Source of the DNA: Octopus vulgaris
Lineage: Eukaryota
Direction: 5' to 3'
Length of the DNA stretch: 64,000 bases
NCBI GenBank assembly: GCA_951406725.2
Contig: OX597829.1
Location: 37,944,001-38,008,000 of the forward strand
Below are positions 14,196 through 27,197 of the stretch, in pieces. The first letter of the stretch is position 1. Each line of letters opens with the position of its first letter. Made by a program: the position numbers and the translations under genes. The notes below the pieces were generated by a model, which was not told where the DNA came from, searched no databases, and saw only the letters and a list, made by a program, of their open reading frames with translations.

Positions 14196-15514
14196 ATGGA
14201 GAACACAGCTTCGTTTAGTCTGTGAAGGTAAGATCAACAAAAAAAGTACTCTATCTGTCCCTGTTACTTAGCAATTTGGCAAAAAGAGATGGATATAATT
14301 TCTTTATTTGTGAATTAAGGCTACCATTGGTTTCATGTTAAGAAAAGTAGGAAAACGTCCTAGTGTCTTAACAATTTTTCAAACCAATCAAATAGAGAAA
14401 GGTGTTTGCCTCCATTTTGGAGAACACAGCTTCGTTTAGTCTGTGAAGGTAAGATCAACAAAAAAAGTACTCTATCTGTCCCTGTTACTTAGCAATTTGG
14501 CAAAAAGAGATGGATAGAATAAATACTAGGTTTATGAAGAATAAGTACTGGGATCGATTTGTTCGACTAAAGGTGGTACTCCAGCATGGCCACAGTCAAA
14601 TGACTGAAACAAATAAAAGAATAAAAGAATATCTGGTGAGAGATAAATATTGTTTAATAAACACAGTATATATGTTTACGAGCTACTGATAGTTCCATGC
14701 AAATAAAATGACTTGGACAAAATTTTATAACACCTATCATCATGTTTCAGCTTGTATATGCCATGTGGGCATAACCTGATGATTGCGGTGAAGGCACTAG
14801 ACATGTTATAAAATGTTGCCTGAGTTATTTTCATCACATGAAACTATTAGTGGCTCATAGAAAGATATACTGTGTTTATCAAACAGTCCACCTTGTAAGT
14901 GTAGTAACGCTATTTTTAGAAGTTTTCAGCACACATGCGCAGAGTTGGATTACTTCTGGTAGGCCGCCGGAAGTTCCCTCATGCGCATGTGCAGAGAACT
15001 GCAATCTGAAAGCGTTCCCACTAAATCTGCCTTTTTGAATCAAATGTATTAGTATAATGCTCAGGAATAGTAAAAGTCTTTTACATTTCGAGCCTACACT
15101 CTTCTACAGAAAGGGACACAGATAAAACAAGGAGAGAAAAAAATGTGTGTAGTGGTTAATGATTTATCATCAGGGAAAACCCTATAAATAGAGAAGCTCT
15201 TCTTCGAAGCAGGAAAGGAGACAGTAATTTTGGTTCACACAAGTGAACATTTGTGACCAGTCTTATGAACTTGGCTGTCGGTTTGCCCTTAAGGGAAATA
15301 TATATGTGCATATAGTTTTTGTATTTGCGAAACCCGGAAAAATAAAGTATTATTTATTGCTATTGAAGACAGTCGGATTTTGGTTCTCCCTTCGACAATT
15401 GTATGTGACAAGATAAGACAGGCACCCCTCAAGTGTTCCTGAGACCTTCATCCTGTTACATAAGGGTAATTTACCCAGAATTTCTGTTGTTCTAACAGTA
15501 ATTCTACATTTGAA

Positions 15515-15545
<31 letters not shown>

Positions 15546-15906
15546 CACAGGTTTTGGTGCGGCACTCATCATCATTAGATCCTGGATTTGATTATTCTTG
15601 GACTAAGTGGTGCAATGTGGTCCTTGAGCAAGGTACTTAATTTCTTGTTGCTTCGGTTTACTTAGATGACATTGTGTACCAGTAGGAGTAAGTGGTGTCG
15701 GTGATGGTGAGGAGAAGGAGCTTAATTTTGTGGTGGTCTGGCATCACGTTGGGTGGGTGGGTGGGGGGGAGAGGCATAGGAGAATCTTTTTGCTCTTAGT
15801 CACTTGGACACTCTAGAAACTGTGGCATGTCAGGCCAAATTGGCCTATAGGCTTGAAAGTGATTTTTAAGATTTATAAATATGCTCGCAGACACACACAC
15901 ACACAT

Positions 15907-15947
<41 letters not shown>

Positions 15948-15949
15948 GA

Positions 15950-15991
<42 letters not shown>

Positions 15992-16333
15992 ACAAGCAGA
16001 AGCTTCAGTGGGCAGCCAAACCAGCAAATTTGCTATGTATTTAACTGAAATTCTTATTCTGCTAATATGTGTGTGTGTGTGCGTGTGCGCACACGCGTGT
16101 ATACATATATGTATATATATATATGTGTGTGTGTATATATGTATATATATATATATGTGTGTGTGTGTGTATATATGTGTATATATATCTGTATATATAT
16201 ATGTATATATATATGTGTATCTTTATGTATATATATATATATATATATATACATACATATATATATATACATATATATATACACATACATATATATACAT
16301 ACATACATATATATATGTGTATATATATATGTA

Positions 16334-16373
<40 letters not shown>

Positions 16374-16718
16374 TATATATATATGCATACATACATACAT
16401 ACATGCATGCATACATACATATATTGTATATATGCATACGTACATATATATATATATATATATATGCACATGTACGCACACACACGCACACACATATATG
16501 TGTATTTATGTACGTATGTTTTACATCTATATATATAAGTAGATATTCATGTATGTATATGAGTTGGGGGTGGGGTGGGGGTGGACGGTAGTGGGTGATT
16601 TGATGGAAGGGTGAGTGTGCACGTCTGTATACGTCAGAAAGGTTTGTTATTTCTTTGCTAGCAGCAAAAGCACGATGTAACTGACAGTAGACAAGCTAGC
16701 GGTCACATCAACGTTTCA

Positions 16719-16749
<31 letters not shown>

Positions 16750-17157
16750 TGTTTAATATTTTAGTATGTTTTACTTTTTGTTTTCCCTCCAAATTAAAAT
16801 CGATACAGTGTACATAAGGTGACATAAAATTCAGTTTATGAAAACATAGTTTAACACAAACGTATAAAAAAAAAAAAAAAACCCAGTCTAGTATATAATA
16901 AAATATGAGAAATAAAATAAATATCACATTGCTAAACAGGTAGGAAAAATGTGAAGCGAGCCGAACAACAGAAGTTCTTCGGAGTAGAAAGTTTCCCCAT
17001 CAGGTAAGTGTTATGGTCCTTATGTTAGTTAAAGGATCTTTTCATTATCGTGGCCAGTTAGCTTTTACCTCCCATTTCTCATTAATCTGTCTTTTTTCCC
17101 CTCTCTTTCTCAATCTGTCTGTCTGTCTGTCTGTCAGTCTATCTGTCTCACTATCTA

Positions 17158-17200
<43 letters not shown>

Positions 17201-17213
17201 CTCTATCTATCTA

Positions 17214-17248
<35 letters not shown>

Positions 17249-17330
17249 GCCTGCCTGTCTGTCTGTCTGTCTGTCTGCCTGCGTGTATGTTTATCTATCT
17301 GTCTGTCTGTCTATCTGTCTGCCTGCGTGT

Positions 17331-18370
17331 CTCTATAGGGGATTAGTGGAGGGGAGGTACGACGACGATCTTGGGGCGAACCTGGGCGTCGACGAGGAAT
17401 ACCTGACCCGCCTGTTTGAGACGACTTTCGGGCCGGGACCTATGGACAACTTCCAGAGATCCCTGGCCTGGCAGTGCTACCAAGAAGCGCTACCCGTTCG
17501 GGATAAGCTCTATAGGCATGGCTCGAGAAACACGGGGCCGACCTGCCCGAGATGCGGTCAGAGCGACGAAACCGTTCTGCTCGCAATCATGCAGTGTCCA
17601 ACAATCTCCGACCTGTGGGCTTATGTCGAACAACTGCTGTCACGTGTGGGACGAGTCGGTTTATCAGCCGAGTCTATCGTTAATATCGTCACGCCTCCTT
17701 CCTTCACACGGGAAGGAAGAGCTATTTTTATCATACTTGTGGCTATGGCGAAAGAATGTATCTGGTGGACGCGTCTGAAAGGATTGGAGACAAACACTTT
17801 CCTCTCTGGTCAATCTCTCATCAACTTCTTCAAGTATCACTTGAAAAGGAAAGTGAGAGTAGAGAGGCAAGTTTTGTCTTGTGAATGTTTTAAAAAAAGA
17901 TGGGTGAATGTAGCAAGGATGGCACGTATGAATGACGAAGCCACTTTGACTATGATCCTATAAACCGTAAAAATTAATACAGAGAGTTGCTTATTTGTAA
18001 AAAAAAATATAACATGTGACTTCATTGACCAAGGTTACCGTGGTCTTTTCCGTAGGCCTTTCTTTCCACGGGTAAACCTCACCTGTCTTCCCCTTTACAC
18101 TTTATATTGACATTTCTGTGATAACGATCCCTATTGATCGATTTTTCTTTTTCATTTTCTTTTTTATTTTTTTATTTTTTAAATTTTAATTTAAAAATTT
18201 TTTTAAATTAAAAAAATTTTTTTATTTGTGTTTTGCTTTCTTCTTTCTTTCCATTTACGATCCCTTTTGATCGAAAACCAACCCAGGTTTTTTTTTATCC
18301 CCCAAAAGAAAAGCTCTACCTTGTAATTTGTCCCGTCTGTGTGCAGCCCTGTGTGGCTAATAAAGAAACA
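17331..18370 (+). mobile_element. 5'-truncated Tx1/L1-clade LINE (zf-RVT C-terminus and 3' UTR)
   Basis: Open GC-rich ORF SLAWQCYQEALPVRDKL...CPRCGQSDETVLLAIMQC to stop 17963; AATAAA at 18359; both flanks (TCTA/TCTG)n. Confidence 0.8.
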
Positions 18371-19864
18371 TATCTATCTATCTATCTGCCTGCCAGTCTA
18401 TCTGTCCGTCTGTCTGTTTCACTATCTATCTATCTGCCTGCCAGTCTATCTATCTATCTATCTATCTATCTGTCTGTCTGTCTGTTTGTCTGCCTGCCTG
18501 TGTGTCTGTCTATCTATTTGTCTGCCTGCGTGTCTGTCTATCTATCTATCTATCTGTCTGTCTGCCTGCCAGTCTATCTGTCCGTTTCACTATCTATCTA
18601 TCTATCTATCTACCTACCTATCTATCTATCTGTCTGTCTATCTATCTATCTACCTATCTATCTGACTGCCTGCCAGTCTGTCTGTTTCACTATCTATCTA
18701 TCTATCTGTCTCTCTATCTATCTATCTACCTATCTATCTGACTGCCTGCCAGTCTGTCTGTTTCACTATCTATCTATCTATCTGTCTGTTATCTGTCCGT
18801 CTGTCTGTCAGTCTGCCTGTCCGTCTGTCTACCTGTGTGTGTATCTATCTATCGCACAAGTAAAGTATTGATTTTGTTGACAATCATGTACATTACTGAG
18901 GCACCACAGAGCAGTAGAAAGGTTTCCTATTTCAACTGTTTTGATTCCTACTTGTAGCCATTTCACTGCACTTATGATGAAAATCAAAGTGGGCAAATGA
19001 AATTATATTTGCTCAACTGATAAATCAAAGGTCATATGACTATGTATTGAAGAAATGTTTAAGAATAATTTCCTAAATACCAATTATGTATAAATACCCA
19101 ATCTTATCTCTTAAGCTAACAAAGCAACTTCTAATTGGTTTCTTGACCTGTTAGAAATAGTAACAAACTCACCACCTATAACTTTATAGAAGGACACTCC
19201 CCAGTGCATTTTGCTTGATAAACAATTGAAATGGTTACAGTTGGAACGTTTTAAAATCATAGATTTATACTATCAGGGCTGGCCTTGGGCTGAACAACTG
19301 CAACAACCACCTTGTATGTTTATTGTTTATCCTTCTTTATGGCATTTACTAATTTTTTCATATTCTTACAAACAACAATAATGGTGATATGAGGTTCTAG
19401 AGAAGGCCTGCCCATGTCAGTTCTAGAAGCATTGAGTTCCACCCACATGTAACAATAAAATTTTCATACACCTTACCCCAACAAACTAGACTATATCCCC
19501 CCTTTCCAAACTGTTTCTCTTCTCTTCCTCACATTCCACACTGTGATGTAGTTGGCATCCAGCTGTGAAAACCATGCCAAAAACTGACCTCACCTGTGCT
19601 GGTGCCACATAAAAAGCACTCAGCCTACTCTGCTGGGTGGTTGGTGTTAGGAAGGGCATCCAGCCATAAAAACCCTGCCAAAACAGTGAAGCTTGGTGCA
19701 GTCTTCTGCCTGGACAGCTCATGACAGTATGAAAGGAGGACGTTAAACAATGATGATGATGATGATCCCTGAATAGTTATGCATTTCTCTCATCATTTAA
19801 CAAGGTTATTAATACCTTTTCAATAAAAATCCAAAGGTTTTGATGTCAAGAAATCTTTGAATTC

Positions 19865-20120
19865 AGCTTCGACTTCAGTTTTGTTCCACTATTATTTTCA
19901 AATGCTGATCACCAAGAGTGGATGGATGTCCTCTATCTTCTTGTTCTTCAAGGCTCTCATCCTCACTATGGAATCTCTCAAACCACCATCGTACTGTCCA
20001 ATCACTAGTGGACCCTTCACCTCATACTCTGTTGATATTGGCAGCTGTTTGGGAAGCATTATGTCCAAGCTTGAATTCATGCAATAAAAGTAAACACATT
20101 TCTTGTTTTTTCATTTTTTG
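19865..20120 (-). mobile_element. Mariner transposase N-terminal (HTH) relic
   Basis: LHEFKLGHNASQTAANINRV*GEG...TVRWWFERF...DESLEEQEDRGHPS, Hsmar1-like with stops. Confidence 0.8.
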
Positions 20121-20304
20121 AAATTAAGGATTTCTACACTTCAAAATTATATTCTGAAAGAAATAATAAAAGCTAATTAAAGAGTACACGTCAATTATTA
20201 AGCATGTAAAACTTCGTCTAAAACGCTACAAAGGTAAAATCTTAAATCGAATTTTAAAAATATAAAAAAAAAAATCTGACAGTATTTTCTGAACAACCTT
20301 AATA

Positions 20305-21003
20305 TCTATCTGTCTGCCTGTTCATCCTTCTATCTATCTATCCCTGTCTGTCTGCCTGTCCATCATGCTATCTATCTATCTACCTATCCATTCATCCATC
20401 CATCTATGCCTTTCTTTCTGTCAATCTATCTATCTGTCTGTCTGTCTGTCTACCTACCTACCTACCTACCTACCTATCTATCTATCTACCTATCCATTCA
20501 TCCATCCATCTATGCCTTTCTTTCTGTCAATCTATCTATCTGTCTGTCTGTCTACCTACCTACCTACCTATCTATCCTATCCATTCATCCATCCATCTAT
20601 GCCTTTCTTTCTGTCAATCTATCTATCTGTCTGTCTGTCTGTCTACCTACCTACCTACCCATCTACCTACCTATCTATCTATCTACCTATCCATTCATCC
20701 ATCCATCTATGCCTTTCTTTCTGTCAATCTATCTATCTGTCTGTCTACCTACCTACCTACCTACCTACCTATCTATCTATCTACCTATCCATTCATCCAT
20801 CCATCTATGCCTTTCTTTCTGTCAATCTACCTATCTGTCCGTCTGTCTATCTACCTACCTATCTATCTATCTACCTACCTATCTATCATCTACCTATCCA
20901 TTCATCCATCCATCTATGCCTTTCTTTCTGTCAATCTATCTATCTGTCTGTCTATCTACCTACCTATCTATCTATCTACCTACCTATCTATCTACCTACC
21001 TAC

Positions 21004-21049
<46 letters not shown>

Positions 21050-21115
21050 GTCTGACTATCTATTCATCCATCCATGTCTTTCTATCTATCTATCTTGCTA
21101 TCAGCCTGTCTGTCT
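20305..21115. repeat. Higher-order tandem array built on TCTA/TACC/TCCA tetramers
   Basis: CCATTCATCCATCCATCTATGCCTTTCTTTCTGTCAATC recurs six times at about 90-110 bp spacing. Confidence 0.9.
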
Positions 21116-21264
21116 GACTTTAACCTAAAATTTATTGCCATTTCAGTTATATGATGCTGTTGTAGCTTAGCTCTGATCCGACAGACCTATATTCAAAGGT
21201 GTTTCAGTTTGGGCTGTGCCATTTTTTTCCTTGCATAATATATCAAAGACTACATTATCCAATA

Positions 21265-21778
21265 CTAGCAGTATCGCCCGGCGTTGCTCGGGTTTGTAAG
21301 GGAAATAACTATATAAGCATTTTTAGAGAGTTACTTCCCTTATAGATGCCAATTCGGGCTTTCTTAGCCATTTCTGTTTTGGTGTCTTCAAGCCATGAAG
21401 TTGTTGTTCTAAAAGAACGCTGGTCTTCTTGACAACACATTACGACGTTGATTTCCTTAAACTCCCTTCCCCACAGCCTCACGAGGGAGGGAAGGGGGAG
21501 AAGCAAACACAGGTGCAGGTGTTTGAGCGTAGACGCCAACTCCGCCGCCATCGACACACGAAAAATTATACCTTAAAATGGAATAAAAAATGATGTCAAA
21601 TTATTTTTAAAATCGTAGACTCATTGTAGACACGCGCTAATAGCCAGACGGGCTCGATATGAATCACGACTATAAGATAACCGAATTTGGTTAAACTGCA
21701 CCACAAAATGTGGGAGGAGTTAGGAATCTAAATCGAAGGGGACAGACACTCACACAACTACAGTTTTATATATATAGA
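21265..21778 (-). mobile_element. Non-autonomous Helitron
   Basis: A|TC 5' end, subterminal hairpin CCCGAGCAACGCCGGG, CTAG|T 3' end. Confidence 0.8.
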
Positions 21779-22429
21779 TGTACTCACTTCCATTTTCGAA
21801 TTTTCTGCAACTTTATTTGCAATTAAATACACAGCACATATGGTTTAATTAATCCATTTTGAAAAATAATCAAGAATATGGGATCTTTTTTAATTTCCAA
21901 ATTCTTAAGTTATTTTAATGCTAGGCATCTATATTAGTGTGTGTGTGTGTGTGTGTGCATGCATGCGTGCACACACGTACACATACTCTGTCTCACACAT
22001 ACACATGCATTTGACAAGACCCAGAATTTGGAGAGGATTTTGTTTTTCATTATTAAATTGATAATGAAAAACGTAACTATGATGGGAGATTTGGGATTAA
22101 TTCCAAAATGGATACAAGGAAATGAGAGATTTTGTATCATAAACCAAAACCCATGCCACGGCACAGGACATCAATAGGATTTTAAGAGTAATATGTGATG
22201 TGGCTGTTATTACTAGCAGGGCAGCAGGTAAGAACATAGAGACGTGTTATTAAACAGAGTCAACTGTTAAAACCTCAAGGGAGACTACTCACAGTAACAT
22301 TAAGGAAATTCGAAAAATTGCAAAGCAACTCGGATACTACTCATTGCTGAAACTTGCATATGGACATATGCATTTTGGGTTGGGCTTTGTGTGCATGCAT
22401 CTATCTGTCGGTCTGACTAGATATGTGTG

Positions 22430-22655
22430 CAGTTCTATATTTAAGAGATGATGAATTATATACATTATTTACATTTGACGAATATTTGTCCTAATCTTTG
22501 TTGTTAACACGTTTCAGCTGATAAACCCTCCAGCCTTCATCAGGTGACTTGGGGAAATTTCGAACCTGGGTATTTTTCAATGTTGTTGTTATCATTATTA
22601 TTATTATTATTATTCAGGTCACTGCTTGGAATCGAACTCGGAATCTAGGAGGGTT
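22430..22655 (-). mobile_element. tRNA-head plus hammerhead-tail element, 5'-truncated (same family as 60999-61419)
   Basis: B box GAGTTCGATTCC, (AAT)n, CTGATGA-AGGCTG...CAGCT-GAAACGT. Confidence 0.75.
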
Positions 22656-22656
22656 A

Positions 22657-22757
22657 CTAGAATTCAAGCTGTAATTACTGCTAAAGGTGGTCCTACCCAT
22701 ATTAAAATAAATTTGTTTGAAATTTTAAGGTATTTCCATTATTTTGTCCAACCCCTG
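22657..22757 (+). mobile_element. Tc1 3' end fragment
   Basis: Matches 53785-53885 including the TIR. Confidence 0.8.
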
Positions 22758-23597
22758 TATGTACACACACACAACAGGCTTCTTTCAGTTTCTGTCAACT
22801 TAATCCCTTCACAAGGTTTCTTATAGAAGAAAACATTTGCTGAAAGTGCTATTCACTGTGGGATTGCATCTGAAATTGTGTGGTTAGGATGCAAGCTTCT
22901 TAAAAACATGCCTGCACACACCCATGTATATGTGTATTTCTATTTATATCAGCATCGCCTTACTGGTACGTGTAAAAACATTCGAGCGAGGTCGTTGCCA
23001 GTACCGCTTGACTGGCTCCCATGCCGGTGGCATGTAAAAGCACCCACTACATTCTTGGAGTGGTTGGCGTTAGGAAGGGCATCCAGCTGTAGAAACTCTG
23101 CCAGATCAAGATTGGGGCCTGGTGCAGCCATCTGGTTCGCTAGCCCTCAGTCAAATCGTCCAACCCATACTAGCATGGAAAGCGGATGTTAAACGATGAG
23201 GATAATGATGATGATATGTGTATGTTTGTATAAGTATGTTGCTAGTTCTTCATCATTTTTTACAATCATTATTCAATTGCTTGATCAACAGAATTGCCTT
23301 CTCATTGAATGATTGTCAAAGAGGCTGAGTATTCCACAGACATTTATATGTTTAATATAATTGTCTAGCAGAATCAGTGTAACACAACAATATTTTGGAC
23401 TGCAGGTACAATGGGCTTCTATACAGTTTCCATCTATTCATTTTCTCTTACAAGGTATGAGTTGAATTTAAGGTAAGGAAAATAACATTTGTGCAAGATG
23501 GTATGCAGGGAAATTGAACTTAGGATCTTATAGCTGTAAAGATAGCCTTTTAAGCATTTGGCCACACTGTGCTTATATATGTGTGTATACATATATA

Positions 23598-25232
23598 TCG
23601 AAGGGCCTTAAAGTCAATCTAGCAAAAACCAACACCTTAGTAAATAGGAAGGCAGATAAACCACAAACTCCTTCAGGTAGATGGCCCTGCTCGATCTGTA
23701 GAAAAGGTGTAGGTAGAAAGTTTATAAGATGTACCCGGTGCAAGCTATGGACACATAAGAGGTTCAGAAATATCAAAGGAAGGCTAACTGAGAAGATAGT
23801 TTTTGTATGTGGCAGATGCTCAGGAGCAATAAACACTGAAAATGTGCAGAAAACAGCTTCCGTCACATTCCAGGGAGAAAAACTAGAAGTAGTTGATAGA
23901 TTCCGTTACCTAGGTGACCAAGTCAGTAGCAGGGGAGGGTGCGCTGAAAGTGTAGCTGCTACAATAAGAATAGCCTAGGAAAAGTTCAGAGAGCTCCTAC
24001 CTCTGCTGGTGACAAAAGGCCTCTCGCTCAGAGTAAAAGGTAGACTGTATGATGCATGTGTACGAACTGCCATGCTACATGGCAATGAAACATGGGCCGT
24101 GATTGCTGAGGAAATGCATAAGCTTGCAAGAAATGATGTTAGTATGCTCTGCTGGATGTGTAATATCAGTGTGCATACATGGCAGTGTAAGCACCCTGAG
24201 AGAAATGTTGGACATAAGAAGCATCAGATGTGGTGTGCAAGAGAGATGACTGCACTGGTATGGTCATGTGTTGAGTATAGATGAGGACAGCTGTGTGAAA
24301 AAGTGTAACACTTTAGCAGTAGAGGGAATCTGTGGAAGAGGTAGACCCAGGAAGACCTGGGATGATGTGGTGAAGCATGACCTTTGAATGTTGGGCCTCA
24401 ATGAGGCAATGACAAGTGACCAAAACCTTTGGAGATATGCTGTGCTTCAGAAGACCCGGCAAGCCAAGTGAGATTGTAACCATTCCAGTGTAGCATAACC
24501 GGCTTATTTAAGAGTATCCTTCAATCATTGGGCAATGCACCGTGCTTAAGAAGACCTGTTGAGTCAAGTGAAATCATTGTCATGGCTGATGCCAGTACCG
24601 CCTGACTTGCATCCATGCCCGTGGCACGTAAAAAGCACCAAGAGTGGACATTGTCAGTACCGCCTGACTGGCTTTCGTGCCTGTGGCACATAAAAAGCAC
24701 CATTCAAGCATGGTTGTTGCCAGTGCTACCTGACTTGATCCCATGCTGGTGGTATGTAAAAAGCACAATTCAAGCGTGGTCGATGCCAGTACAGCTTGAT
24801 TGGCCCTTGTGCCTGTGGCATGTAAAAAAGCACCCACTACACTCTCAAGAGTAGTTGTGTTAGGAAGGGCATCCAGCTGTAGAAACCTCGCCAGATTAGT
24901 TTGGAGCCTGGTACAGCCATTTGGCTTGCCAGCCCTCAATCAAACCTATTTCTTTACTGCCCACAAGGGGCTAAACACAGAGACGACAAATGGATTAAGT
25001 CGATTATATCAACCACAGTGCGTAACTGGTACTTAATTTATCGACCGCGAAAGGATGAAAGTCAAAGTCAACCTCAGCGGAATATGAACTCAGAACGTAA
25101 CAGCAGACGAAATACCACTAAGAATTTCGCTCAGCGTGCTAACATTTCTGCAAGCTCGCCCTCAATCAAACCATCCAACCCATGCCAGCATGGTAGGCGG
25201 ACGTTAAATGATGATGATGATGATGATGATGA
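23598..25232 (+). mobile_element. RTE-clade LINE 3' portion with tandem-repeat UTR; family B SINE nested with 15-bp TSD
   Basis: GLKVNLAKT, Cys/His finger, FRYLGD, GRGRPRKTWD; TSD GCCCTCAATCAAACC at 24932 and 25158. Confidence 0.85.
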
Positions 25233-26139
25233 TATATATATTATACATATTTCACTTAGGCATTGCAAGATTAATAACTTGGTGTAGAACTCAATACATG
25301 CATGCTTCATGGCAAAGTGTTAAATGAGTACAGAGTGGTAATAAAAAGAGATGGCACAAGAAAAACAATGGTTGTTTTCATAACATAACCATTGTTTTTC
25401 CTGTGTCACCTCATATATAAATTATGTTAAGCCATTACTGAGGTCTCTCACGAGTGTTACTGGTAACATGTAATGGAGTACAACCTGTTGCATGGCTGGA
25501 TCATCATCATCATCATTTAATGTCCGCCTACCATGCTGGCATGGGTTGGATGGTTCGATTGAGGGCTGGCAAGCCAAAAGGCTGTACCAGGCTCCAAACT
25601 AATCTGGCGAGGTTTCTACAGCTGGATGCCCTTCCTAACACAACTACTCTTGAGAGTGTAGTGGGTGCTTTTTTACATGCCACAGGCACAAGGGCCAGTC
25701 AAGCTGTACTGGCATTGACCACACTTGAATTGTGCTTGTTACATACCACCAGCATGGGATCAAGTCAGGCAGCACTGGCAACAACCATGCTTGAATGGTG
25801 CTTTTTATGTGCCACAGGCACGAAAGCCAGTCAGGCAGTATTGACATCCACCACTAGGGTTGCTAGAAACCCAGTGGGATTAAATACAAGACCTGTCAAA
25901 AGGATGGATGAACCTGGTATAGGTTCAATGACTGTCTAGTAATAGCAGGGGCCCTCAGAAATTCTGAGTTGATATCTGACATGCTGGAAGATCACTGGGA
26001 GTGAGGCACCCCTCAGCTTTTGTTGAAGCATGTCTCTTGGAGAAGGTCACTCTGATATAAAAGGAATGGTATTGAACATTTTGGGCATCTCTTGCTTCTA
26101 CTTGAGATCAAGGGGTTCCTACATTCCCAAACCTACGAC

Positions 26140-26595
26140 CCATATTGATTTCAAACTTAAAATCTTCAAAGCCACAGTTGAACCAATTTTACTATATGGC
26201 TCAGAAACCTGGACGTTATCAAAGAAGCTTGAGAGGCAGTTGGATGGAACTTACACTTGCCTTCTTATGAGAGCTCAAAATCTCTCGTGGAAGCGTCATC
26301 CAACCAAAGTACAAATACATGGGAAACTACCACCTGTATCATCTCTTGTGAAAGGTAGAAGAGTCCAGTTTGCTGGACATTGATGTAGAGCTGAAAACGA
26401 GGTAATTTCTACTCTTTTCCTCTGGAAGCCATCTGCTCGTGATACCAGAGGGCGCACACTCTCCTACTCTGATGTAATCTCCAGGGATACAGGCATCCAG
26501 CAACAGGACCTCCGTAATGCTATGATAGACCGCGAAGTCTGGCGTAACATAGTAAATTCCATTGTCTCGACCACGGTCCCACAATGATGATGATA
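26140..26595 (+). mobile_element. RTE-like LINE 3' fragment (second family)
   Basis: KIFKATVEPILLYGSETWTL...RRVQFAGH; (GAT)n tail. Confidence 0.8.
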
Positions 26596-27197
26596 TTGAT
26601 ACTAGATATCTTGTCTCTGAATCATGTCAATAGGGTGAAAAAGATCGGTTAGCTGCTGAACAAAACTTACTGTTTTTAGGTTGTGCAATTACCAGTGAGG
26701 TAACTTTCTGATGCCCAGTTGAGCATGAACCTAGGTGAAGCTGACCATGGGTGGAATAACCTCATGCATGGGCATTGCTAGCATTTTGCATGGGCAGTGG
26801 TCAGCAATGGTCTTTGTCAGTTACAAGTGGACAACCATCAGCATCATATACACACACAGATATATACATGTGTGTGTGTGTGTGCGTGCCTGTAAAGACC
26901 TTGAGAAAACTTCACCGGTATTATAGAAGGCAGCGAGCTGGCAGAATCGTTAGCACGTCGGGGGAAATGCTTAGTGGTATTTCGGCTGCCGTAACGTTGC
27001 GAGTTCAAATTCCGCCGAGGTCGACTTTGCCTTTCATCCTTTCGGGGTCGATAAATTAAGCACCAGTTATGCATTGGGGTCGATGTAATCGACTTAATAC
27101 CTATGTTTGTCCCCTCTATGTTTAGCCCCTTGTGGGTAATAAAAGAAATAGGTATTATAGTAGGGTAAGGCGGTGAGCTGGCAGAAACATTAGCACG

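Noticed and set aside
17013-17330. N-terminal extension of the 316-aa ORF
   Set aside because: Chance in-frame read through a TCTG/TCTA repeat into the truncated LINE.
19857-20087. Short ORFs as a host exon
   Set aside because: Another minus-strand frame is a mariner transposase relic with stops.
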